This document shows positions 47,861-60,020 of a DNA stretch of 64,000 bases, in pieces. The notes beneath the pieces were generated by a model. It worked only from the letters and a program-made list of their open reading frames with translations, did not search any database and was not told where the DNA came from. Within the stretch, counting starts at the first letter, position 1, and each line of letters opens with the position of its first letter. Source of the DNA: Eledone cirrhosa (lineage: Eukaryota); NCBI GenBank assembly GCA_964016885.1, contig OZ024746.1, positions 32,736,001-32,800,000 of the forward strand, written 5' to 3'. Position numbers and translations under genes: made by a program.

Positions 47861-50800
47861 CATTCCAACCTACAACACCCATCCAAACAGTACACTCCTT
47901 CATTCCAACCTACAACACCCATCCAAACAGTCCACCCCTACATTCCAACCTACAACACCCATCCAAACAGTCCACCCCTACATTCCAACCTACAACACCC
48001 ATCCAAACAGTCCACCCCTACATTCCAACCTACAACACCCATCCAAACAGTACACCCCTACATTCCAACCTACAACACCCATCCAAACTGTACACCCCTA
48101 CATTCCAACCTACAACACCCAACCAAACGGTACACCCCCTACATTCCAACCTACAACACCCATCCAAACAGTACACTCCTTCATTCCAACCTACAACACC
48201 CATCCAAACAGTCCACCCCTACATTCCAACCTACAACACCCATCCAAACAGTCCACCCCTACATTCCAACCTACAACACCCATCCAAACAGTACACTCCT
48301 ACATTCCAACCTACAACACCCATCCAAACAGTCCACCCCTACATTCCAACCTACAACACCCATCCAAACAGTCCACCCCTACATTCCAACCTACATCACC
48401 CATCCAAACAGTACACTCCTACATTCCAACCTACAACACCCATCCAAACAGTCCACCCCTACATTCCAACCTACAACACCCATCCAAACAGTCCACCCCT
48501 ACATTCCAACCTACAACACCCATCCAAACAGTCCACCCCTACATTCCAACCTACAACACCCATCCAAACAGTACACCCCTACATTCCAACCTACAACACC
48601 CATCCAAACAGTACACCCCTACATTCCAACCTACAACACCCAACCAAACGGTACACCCCCTACATTCCAACCTACAACACCCATCCAAACAGCACACTCC
48701 TTCATTCCAACCTACAACACCCATCCAAACAGTACACCCCTACATTCCAACCTACAACACCCATCCAAACAGTACACCCCTACATTCCAACCTACAACAC
48801 CCAACCAAACGGTACACCCCCTACATTCCAACCTACAACACCCATCCAAACAGTACACCCCTACATTCCAACCTACAACACCCATCCAAACAGTCCACCC
48901 CTACATTCCAACCTACAACACCCAACCAAACGGTACACCCCCTACATTCCAACCTACAACACCCATCCAAACAGTACACCCCTACATTCCAACCTACAAC
49001 ACCCAACCAAACGGTACACCCCCTACATTCCAACCTACAACACCCAACCAAACGGTACACCCCCTACATTCCAACCTACAACACCCATCCAAACAGTACA
49101 CCCCTACATTCCAACCTACAACACCCATCCAAACAGTCCACCCCTACATTCCAACCTACAACACCCAACCAAATAGTACACCCCTACATTCCAATCTACA
49201 ACACCCATCCAAACAGTACACTCCTTCATTCCATCCTACAACACCCATCCAAACAGTACACCCCTACATTCCAACCTACAACACCCATCCAAACAGTACA
49301 CCCCTACATTCCAACCTACAACACCCATCCAAACAGTCCACCCCTACATTCCAACCTACAACACCCATCCAAACAGTACACCCCTACATTCCAACCTACA
49401 CCACCCATCCAAACAGTACACTCCTACATTCCAACCGACAACACCCATCCAAACAGTACACCCCTACATTCCAACCTACAACACCCATCCAAACAGTCCA
49501 CCCTACATTCCAACCTAGAACACCCATCCAAACAGTACACCCCTACATTCCAACCTACAACACCCATCCAAACAGTACACCCCTACATTCCAACCTACAT
49601 CACCCATCCAAACAGTACACCCCTACATTCCAACCTACAACACCCCACCAAACAGTACACCCCTACATTCCAACCTACAACACCCATCCAAACAGTACAC
49701 CCCTACATTCCAACCTACAACACCCAACCAAACAGTACACCCCTACATTCCAACCTACAACACCCAACCAAACAGTACACCCCTACATTCCAACCTACAA
49801 CAGCCAACCAAACAGTACACCCCTACATTCCAACCTACAACACCCATCCAAACAGTACACTCCTTCATTCCAACCTACAACACGCAACCAAACAGTACAC
49901 CCCTACATTCCAACCTACAACACCCAACCAAACAGTACACCCCTACATTCCAACCTACAACACCCATCCAAACAGTACACTCCTTCATTCCAACCTACAA
50001 CACCCAACCAAACAGTACACCCCTACATTCCAACCTACAACACCCAACCAAACAGTACACCCCTACATTCCAACCTACAACACCCATCCAAACAGTACAC
50101 TCCTACATTCCAACCTACAACACCCAACCAAACAGTACACCCCTACATTCCAACCTACAACACCCAACCAAACAGTACACCCCTACATTCCAACCTACAA
50201 CACCCATCCAAACAGTACACTCCTTCATTCCAACCTACAACACCCAACCAAACAGTACACCCCTACATTCCAACCTACAACACCCAACCAAACAGTACAC
50301 CCCTACATTCCAACCTACAACACCCAACCAAACAGTACACCCCTACATTCCAACCTACAACACCCATCCAAACAGTACACTCCTTCATTCCAACCTACAA
50401 CACCCAACCAAACAGTACACCCCTACATTCCAACCTACAACACCCAACCAAACAGTCCACCCCTACATTCCAACCTACAACACCCAACCAAACAGTACAC
50501 TCCTACATTCCAACCTACAACACCCAACCAAACAGTCCACCCCTACATTCCAACCTACAACACCCAACCAAACAGTACACTCCTACATTCCAACCTACAA
50601 CACCCAACCAAACAGTCCACCCCTACATTCCAACCTACAACACCCAACCAAACAGTACACCCCTACATTCCAACCTACAACACCCATCCAAACAGTCCAC
50701 CCCTACATTCCAACCTACAACACCCATCCAAACAGTACACTCCTTCATTCCAACCTACACCACCCATCCAAACAGTCCACCCCTACATTCCAACCTACAT

Positions 50801-53800
50801 CACCCATCCAAACAGTCCACCCCTACATTCCAACCTACAACACCCAACCAAACAGTACACCCCTACATTCCAACCTACAACACCCAACCAAACAGTACAC
50901 CCCTACATTCCAACCTACAACACCCAACCAAACAGTACACCCCTACATTCCAACCTACAACACCCATCCAAACAGTACACTCCTTCATTCCAACCTACAC
51001 CACCCATCCAAACAGTCCACCCCTACATTCCAACCTACATCACCCATCCAAACAGTCCACCCCTACATTCCAACCTACAACACCCAACCAAACAGTACAC
51101 CCCTACATTCCAACCTACAACACCCATCCAAACAGTCCACCCCTACATTCCAACCTACAACACCCATCCAAACAGTCCACCCCTACATTCCAACCTACAA
51201 CACCCAACCAAACAGTACACCCCTACATTCCAACCTACAACACCCAACCAAACAGTACACCCCTACATTCCAACCTACAACACCCAACCAAACAGTACAC
51301 CCCTACATTCCAACCTACAACACCCAACCAAACAGTACACCCCTACATTCCAACCTACAACACCCAACCAAACAGTACACCCCTACATTCCAACCTACAA
51401 CACCCAACCAAACAGTACACCCCTACATTCCAACCTACAACACCCAACCAAACAGTACACCCCTACATTCCAACCTACAACACCCATCCAAACAGTACAC
51501 CCCTTCATTCGAACCTACAACACCCAACCAAACAGTACACCCCTACATTCCAACCTACACCACCCATCCAAACAGTACACCCCTACATTCCAACCTACAA
51601 CACCCATCCAAACAGTACACCCCTTCATTCGAACCTACAACACCCAACCAAACAGTACACCCCTACATTCCAACCTACAACACCCAACCAAACAGTACAC
51701 CCCTACATTCCAACCTACACCACCCATCCAAACAGTCCACCCCTACATTCCAACCTACAACACCCAACCAAACAGTACACCCCTACATTCCAACCTACAA
51801 CACCCAACCAAACAGTACACCCCTACATTCCAACCTACAACACCCATCCAAACAGTACACTCCTACATTCCAATCTACAACACCCAACCAAACAGTACAC
51901 CCCTACATTCCAACCTACAACACCCATCCAAACAGTCCACCCCTACATTCCAACCTACAACACCCATCCAAACAGTCCACCCCTACATTCCAACCTACAA
52001 CACCCATCCAAACAGTACACCCCTACATTCCAACCTACATCACCCATCCAAACAGTACACCCCTACATTCCAACCTACAACACCCATCCAAACAGTCCAC
52101 CCCTACATTCCAACCTACATCACCCGATCCAAACAGTACACCCCTACATTCCAACCTACAACACCCATCCAAACAGTACACCCCTACATTCCAACCTACA
52201 TCACCCATCCAAACAGTACACCCCTACATTCCAACCTACAACACCCATCCAAACAGTCCACCCCTACATTCCAACCTACATCACCCGATCCAAACAGTAC
52301 ACCCCTACATTCCAACCTACAACACCCATCCAAACAGTACACCCCTACATTCCAACCTACATCACCCATCCAAACAGTACACCCCTACATTCCAACCTAC
52401 AACACCCATCCAAACAGTCCACCCCTACATTCCAACCTACATCACCCGATCCAAACAGTACACCCCTACATTCCAACCTACAACACCCATCCAAACAGTA
52501 CACCCCTACATTCCAACCTACATCACCCGATCCAAACAGTCCACCCCTACATTCCAACCTACAACACCCATCCAAACAGTACACCCCTACATTCCAACCT
52601 ACATCACCCATCCAAACAGTACACCCCTACATTCCAACCTACAACACCCATCCAAACAGTCCACCCCTACATTCCAACCTACAACACCCATCCAAACAGT
52701 CCACCCCTACATTCCAACCTACATCACCCATCCAAACAGTACACCCCTACATTCCAACCTACAACACCCATCCAAACAGTCCACCCCTACATTCCAACCT
52801 ACATCACCCGATCCAAACAGTACACCCCTACATTCCAACCTACAACACCCATCCAAACAGTACACCCCTACATTCCAACCTACAACACCCATCCAAACAG
52901 TACACCCCTACATTCCAACCTATAACACCCATCCAAACAGTCCACCCCTACATTCCAACCTACAACACCCATCCAAACAGTACACCCCTACATTCCAACC
53001 TACAACACCCATCCAAACAGACCACCCCTACGTTCCAACCTACATCACCCATCCAAACAGTCCACCCCTACATTCCAACCTACAACACCCATCCAAACAG
53101 TACACTCCTACATTCCAACCTACAACACCCATCCAAACAGTACACCCCTACATTCCAACCTACAACACCCATCCAAACAGTACACCCCTACATTCCAACC
53201 TACAACACCCATCCAAACAGTACACCCCTACATTCCAACCTACAACACCCATCCAAACAGTCCACCCCTACATTCCAACCTACAACACCCATCCAAACAG
53301 TCCACCCCTACATTCCAACCTACAACACCCATCCAAACAGTACACTCCTACATTCCAACCTACAACACCCATCCAAACAGTACACTCCTACATTCCAACC
53401 TACAACACCCATCCAAACAGTCCACCCCTACATTCCAACCTACAACACCCATCCAAACAGTCCACCCCTACATTCCAACCTACAACACCCATCCAAACAG
53501 TCCACCCCTACATTCCAACCTACAACACCCATCCAAACAGTACACTCCTACATTCCAACCTACAACACCCATCCAAACAGTCCACCCCTACATTCCAACC
53601 TACAACACCCATCCAAACAGTCCACCCCTACATTCCAACCTACATCACCCATCCAAACAGTACACTCCTACATTCCAACCTACAACACCCATCCAAACAG
53701 TCCACCCCTACATTCCAACCTACAACACCCATCCAAACAGTCCACCCCTACATTCCAACCTACAACACCCATCCAAACAGTCCACCCCTACATTCCAACC

Positions 53801-56800
53801 TACAACACCCATCCAAACAGTCCACCCCTACATTCCAACCTACAACACCCATCCAAACAGTACACCCCTACATTCCAACCTACAACACCCATCCAAACAG
53901 TACACCCCTACATTCCAACCTACAACACCCAACCAAACGGTACACCCCCTACATTCCAACCTACAACACCCATCCAAACAGTACACCCCTACATTCCAAC
54001 CTACAACACCCAACCAAACAGTACACCCCCTACATTCCAACCTACAACACCCACCCAAACAGTACACTCCTACATTCCAACCTACAACACCCATCCAAAC
54101 AGTCCACCCTTACATTCCAACCTACAACACCCATCCAAACAGTACACTCCTTCATTCCAACCTACAACACCCATCCAAACAGTCCACCCCTACATTCCAA
54201 CCTACAACACCCATCCAAACAGTCCACCCCTACATTCCAACCTACAACACCCATCCAAACAGTCCACCCCTACATTCCAACCTACAACACCCATCCAAAC
54301 AGTACACCCCTACATTCCAACCTACAACACCCATCCAAACAGTACACCCCTACATTCCAACCTACAACACCCAACCAAACGGTACACCCCCTACATTCCA
54401 ACCTACAACACCCATCCAAACAGTACACTCCTTCATTCCAACCTACAACACCCATCCAAACAGTCCACCCCTACATTCCAACCTACAACACCCATCCAAA
54501 CAGTCCACCCCTACATTCCAACCTACAACACCCATCCAAACAGTACACTCCTACATTCCAACCTACAACACCCATCCAAACAGTCCACCCCTACATTCCA
54601 ACCTACAACACCCATCCAAACAGTCCACCCCTACATTCCAACCTACATCACCCATCCAAACAGTACACTCCTACATTCCAACCTACAACACCCATCCAAA
54701 CAGTCCACCCCTACATTCCAACCTACAACACCCATCCAAACAGTCCACCCCTACATTCCAACCTACAACACCCATGCAAACAGTCCACCCCTACATTCCA
54801 ACCTACAACACCCATCCAAACAGTACACCCCTACATTCCAACCTACAACACCCATCCAAACAGTACACCCCTACATTCCAACCTACAACACCCAACCAAA
54901 CGGTACACCCCCTACATTCCAACCTACAACACCCATCCAAACAGTACACTCCTTCATTCCAACCTACAACACCCATCCAAACAGTACACCCCTACATTCC
55001 AACCTACAACACCCATCCAAACAGTACACCCCTACATTCCAACCTACAACACCCAACCAAACGGTACACCCCCTACATTCCAACCTACAACACCCATCCA
55101 AACAGTACACCCCTACATTCCAACCTACAACACCCATCCAAACAGTCCACCCCTACATTCCAACCTACAACACCCAACCAAACGGTACACCCCCTACATT
55201 CCAACCTACAACACCCATCCAAACAGTACACCCCTACATTCCAACCTACAACACCCAACCAAACGGTACACCCCCTACATTCCAACCTACAACACCCAAC
55301 CAAACGGTACACCCCCTACATTCCAACCTACAACACCCATCCAAACAGTACACCCCTACATTCCAACCTACAACACCCATCCAAACAGTCCACCCCTACA
55401 TTCCAACCTACAACACCCAACCAAACAGTACACCCCTACATTCCAACCTACAACACCCATCCAAACAGTACACTCCTTCATTCCATCCTACAACACCCAT
55501 CCAAACAGTACACCCCTACATTCCAACCTACAACACCCATCCAAACAGTACACCCCTACATTCCAACCTACAACACCCATCCAAACAGTCCACCCCTACA
55601 TTCCAACCTACAACACCCATCCAAACAGTACACCCCTACATTCCAACCTACACCACCCATCCAAACAGTACACTCCTACATTCCAACCGACAACACCCAT
55701 CCAAACAGTACACCCCTACATTCCAACCTACAACACCCATCCAAACAGTCCACCCCTACATTCCAACCTAGAACACCCATCCAAACAGTACACCCCTACA
55801 TTCCAACCTACAACACCCATCCAAACAGTACACCCCTACATTCCAACCTACATCACCCATCCAAACAGTACACCCCTACATTCCAACCTACAACACCCCA
55901 CCAAACAGTACACCCCTACATTCCAACCTACAACACCCATCCAAACAGTACACCCCTACATTCCGACCTACAACACCCAACCAAACAGTACACCCCTACA
56001 TTCCAACCTACAACACCCAACCAAACAGTACACCCCTACATTCCAACCTACAACAGCCAACCAAACAGTACACCCCTACATTCCAACCTACAACACCCAT
56101 CCAAACAGTACACTCCTTCATTCCAACCTACAACACCCAACCAAACAGTACACCCCTACATTCCAACCTACAACACCCAACCAAACAGTACACCCCTACA
56201 TTCCAACCTACAACACTCATCCAAACAGTACACTCCTTCATTCCAACCTACAACACCCAACCAAACAGTACACCCCTACATTCCAACCTACAACACCCAA
56301 CCAAACAGTACACCCCTACATTCCAACCTACAACACCCATCCAAACAGTACACTCCTACATTCCAACCTACAACACCCAACCAAACAGTACACCCCTACA
56401 TTCCAACCTACAACACCCAACCAAACAGTACACCCCTACATTCCAACCTACAACACCCAACCAAACAGTCCACCCCTACATTCCAACCTACAACACCCAT
56501 CCAAACAGTACACCCCTACATTCCAACCTACAACACCCAACCAAACAATACACCCCTACATTCCATCCTACAACACCCAACCAAACAGTACACCCCTACA
56601 TTCCAACCTACAACACCCAACCAAACAGTACACCCCTACATTCCAACCTACAACACCCAACCAAACAGTACACCCCTACATTCCAACCTACAACACCCAA
56701 CCAAACAGTCCACCCCTACATTCCAACCTACAACACCCATCCAAACAGTACACTCCTACATTCCAACCTACAACACCCAACCAAACAGTACACCCCTACA

Positions 56801-59140
56801 TTCCAACCTACACCACCCATCCAAACAGTACACCCCTACATTCCAACCTACACCACCCATCCAAACAGTACACCCCTACATTCCAACCTACACCACCCAA
56901 CCAAACAGTCCACCCCTACATTCCAACCTACAACACCCATCCAAACAGTCCACCCCTACATTCCAACCTACAACACCCAACCAAACAGTACACCCCTACA
57001 TTCCAACCTACAACACCCAACCAAACAGTACACCCCTACATTCCAACCTACAACACCCAACCAAACAGTACACCCCTACATTCCAACCTACAACACCCAA
57101 CCAAACAGTACACCCCTACATTCCAACCTACAACACCCAACCAAACAGTCCACCCCTACATTCCAACCTACACCACCCATCCAAACAGTACACTCCTTCA
57201 TTCCAACCTACAAACACCCATCCAAACAGTACACCCCTACATTCCAACCTACACCACCCAACCAAACAGTACACTCCTTCATTCCAACCTACAACACCCA
57301 ACCAAACAGTACACCCCTACATTCCAACCTACAACACCCAACCAAACAGTACACCCCTACATTCCAACCTACAACACCCAACCAAACAGTACACCCCTAC
57401 ATTCCAACCTACAACACCCAACCAAACAGTACACCCCTACATTCCAACCTACAACACCCAACCAAACAGTACACCCCTACATTCCAACCTACACCACCCA
57501 ACCAAACAGTACACTCCTTCATTCCAACCTACAAACACCCATCCAAACAGTACACCCCTACATTCCAACCTACACCACCCATCCAAACAGTACACCCCTA
57601 CATTCCAACCTACACCACCCAACCAAACAGTCCACCCCTACATTCCAACCTACAACACCCATCCAAACAGTCCACCCCTACATTCCAACCTACAACACCC
57701 AACCAAACAGTACACCCCTACATTCCAACCTACAACACCCAACCAAACAGTACACCCCTACATTCCAACCTACAACACCCAACCAAACAGTACACCCCTA
57801 CATTCCAACCTACAACACCCAACCAAACAGTACACCCCTACATTCCAACCTACAACACCCAACCAAACAGTCCACCCCTACATTCCAACCTACAACACCC
57901 ATCCAAACAGTACACTCCTTCATTCCAACCTACAAACACCCATCCAAACAGTACACCCCTACATTCCAACCTACACCACCCAACCAAACAGTACACTCCT
58001 TCATTCCAACCTACAAACACCCATCCAAACAGTACACCCCTACATTCCAACCTACACCACCCATCCAAACAGTACACCCCTACATTCCAACCTACACCAC
58101 CCAACCAAACAGTCCACCCCTACATTCCAACCTACAACACCCATCCAAACAGTCCACCCCTACATTCCAACCTACAACACCCAACCAAACAGTACACCCC
58201 TACATTCCAACCTACAACACCCAACCAAACAGTACACCCCTACATTCCAACCTACAACACCCAACCAAACAGTACACCCCTACATTCCAACCTACAACAC
58301 CCAACCAAACAGTACACCCCTACATTCCAACCTACAACACCCAACCAAACAGTCCACCCCTACATTCCAACCTACAACACCCATCCAAACAGTACACTCC
58401 TTCATTCCAACCTACAAACACCCATCCAAACAGTACACCCCTACATTCCAACCTACACCACCCAACCAAACAGTACACTCCTTCATTCCAACCTACAAAC
58501 ACCCATCCAAACAGTCCACCCCTACATTCCAACCTACACCACCCAACCAAACAGTACACCCCTACATTCCAACCTACAACACCCAACCAAACAGTACACC
58601 CCTACATTCCAACCTACACCACCCATCCAAACAGTACACTCCTTCATTCCAACCTACAAACACCCATCCAAACAGTACACCCCTACATTCCAACCTACAC
58701 CACCCATCCAAACAGTACACTCCTTCATTCCAACCTACAAACACCCATCCAAACAGTCCACCCCTACATTCCAACCTACAACACCCATCCAAACAGTACA
58801 CCCCTTCATTCGAACCTACAACACCCAACCAAACAGTCCACCCCTACATTCCAACCTACAACACCCAACCAAACAGTCCACCCCTACATTCCAACCTACA
58901 ACACCCAACCAAACAGTCCACCCCTACATTCCAACCTACAACACCCAACCAAACAGTCCACCCCTACATTCCAACCTACAACACCCATCCAAACAGTACA
59001 CCCCTACATTCCAACCTACAAACACCCAACCAAACAGTACACCCCTACATTCCAACCTACACCACCCATCCAAACAGTACACCCCTACATTCCAACCTAC
59101 AAACACCCAACCAAACAGTACACCCCTTCATTCGAACCTA

Positions 59141-59330
59141 TATATACCAAACCAAATAGTAAACCCAATACACATGTCAATCCACCAACTATAACCCAAT
59201 CTCCAACTCCCACACCCAGACATTACCCAATATATCAAATTAATTTCCCCTCCCAAAAACCTAAGGTCCACAACTATACACCCCTACCCTAGCCAAACAT
59301 TCCCAGCCCTCAAAACCCCGAGACTCACCC
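59141..59330. repeat. Degenerate satellite edge / C+A-rich transition zone
   Basis: AACCTATATATACCAAACCAAATAGTAAACCCAATACA (~59135-59172) aligns by eye to the 40-mer. TACACCCCTAC recurs at ~59277. The C/A strand bias persists to ~59330. Confidence 0.7.
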
Positions 59331-59449
59331 TTTTCTGATTTACGTAAATTAATATCCGGGCACTTAATAGTTTTCGAGACGACAATTTCCTTAAAATAAA
59401 CAAAGCAAATAATGGAAAGAAAAACAGGAAAGAGAAAACAAAGATTTCT

Positions 59450-59653
59450 TTATATTTTCTGTTTCTTCTTTTTCTTTCTTTCTTTCTTTCTGCCTTTCTT
59501 TCTTTTTTTCTTTCTTACTTTCTAGAACCTTGTTTTTTTCCTTGTTTCTTTCCTTATTTTTTTGTTCTTGTATTCTTTCCTTGTTTGTTTGTTTCTTTCT
59601 TTCTTTCCTTGTTTCTTTCATTCTGTCTTTCTTTCTTTCTTTTTTTGTTTCGT

Positions 59654-59705
<52 letters not shown>

Positions 59706-59820
59706 TCCTTGTTTGTTTCTTTTGTTCTTTGTTTTCTTTCTGTCATTGTTTGATTGTCTGTGTGTTTCTTTCATTCTTTTTTTCTTCTACCTACCTCTCT
59801 TTCTTTCTGTTTTCATTCAT
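59450..59820. repeat. Imperfect (TTTC)n/(TTTG)n polypyrimidine microsatellite
   Basis: Seen directly, e.g. near-perfect TTTC runs at ~59653-59707. It explains the F/L/S-rich and K/E/R-rich ORFs. Confidence 0.95.
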
Positions 59821-59836
59821 TATTTCATTAAGACAT

Positions 59837-59978
59837 GCTTGGTGAGGAGGTGATTTTGGAAACCCTGAAGGATGAAAAACAAAACCCATGAAAGGGCGGA
59901 GGAATCAGGCGAGTCAACAACCATCCAATAAAACTTTGTTTGTGTAGCGAGTCTCCTAGCCTTCATTAAGACATCTCT
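59837..59978 (+). mobile_element. Internal fragment of the head region of the short retroelement family at 61044-64000
   Basis: GCTTGGTGAGGAGG...GGATGAAAAACAAAACCC...AAAGGGCGGAGGAA...GAGTCAAC..CCATCCAATAAA...CTCCTAG...AAGACATCTCT aligns with 61144-61283 and partly with 61701-61792. Confidence 0.85.
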
Positions 59979-60020
59979 GTATGTATGTATGTATGTATGT
60001 ATGTATGTATGTATGTATGT
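59979..60020. repeat. (GTAT)n microsatellite
   Basis: About 10 perfect GTAT units. Confidence 0.97.

Larger units (their letters stand above)
1..59140. repeat. 40-bp tandem satellite/minisatellite array (~1,480 units), open at the left window edge
   Basis: Seen directly: contiguous units CAACCTACAACACCCATCCAAACAGTACACCCCTACATTC, with common variant sites at unit positions 10 (A/C/T), 17 (T/A), 27 (A/C), 31 (C/T) and 35 (A/T). No spacers, insertions of foreign DNA or inversions were seen. The last good unit ends ...TTCGAACCTA at 59140. Confidence 0.99.

Noticed and set aside
11870-58820. Many rare variants create CpG (AACGG, TTCGA, TACGT, CCCGA, ACCGA) in a CpG-free consensus
   Set aside because: With 45% C, any new G frequently follows a C, and the recurrences are copies of a few events. 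There is no evidence of selection.
11781-58828. Recurrent 71-84-aa minus-strand G/V/C/W-rich ORFs
   Set aside because: They arise where 1-bp insertions let the frame skip the periodic TAG codons. They are useful only as duplication markers.
1-59140. CRISPR array
   Set aside because: The units are contiguous with no unique spacers, there are no cas genes, and the context is eukaryotic.
1-59140. Canonical telomerase-made repeat
   Set aside because: There are no (CCCTAA)n or (CCTAA)n runs. Variant order is copied in multi-kilobase blocks, which points to DNA-level duplication rather than templated addition of one unit.
54774-59159. 1461-aa ORF starting at a real ATG and ending at the array edge
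   Set aside because: The ATG is a private C->G variant absent from sister blocks. Many 1-bp indels inside are tolerated only because every frame is open, and the stop is simply the first non-repeat sequence. Transcript or peptide evidence would be needed.
59391-59853. K/E/R-rich and F/L/S-rich membrane-like ORFs
   Set aside because: These are translations of the (TTTC)n microsatellite.
59864-59880. Hammerhead-like CTGAAGGATGAAA
   Set aside because: It does not match CUGANGA, has no stem II, and is not conserved in the homologous copies.
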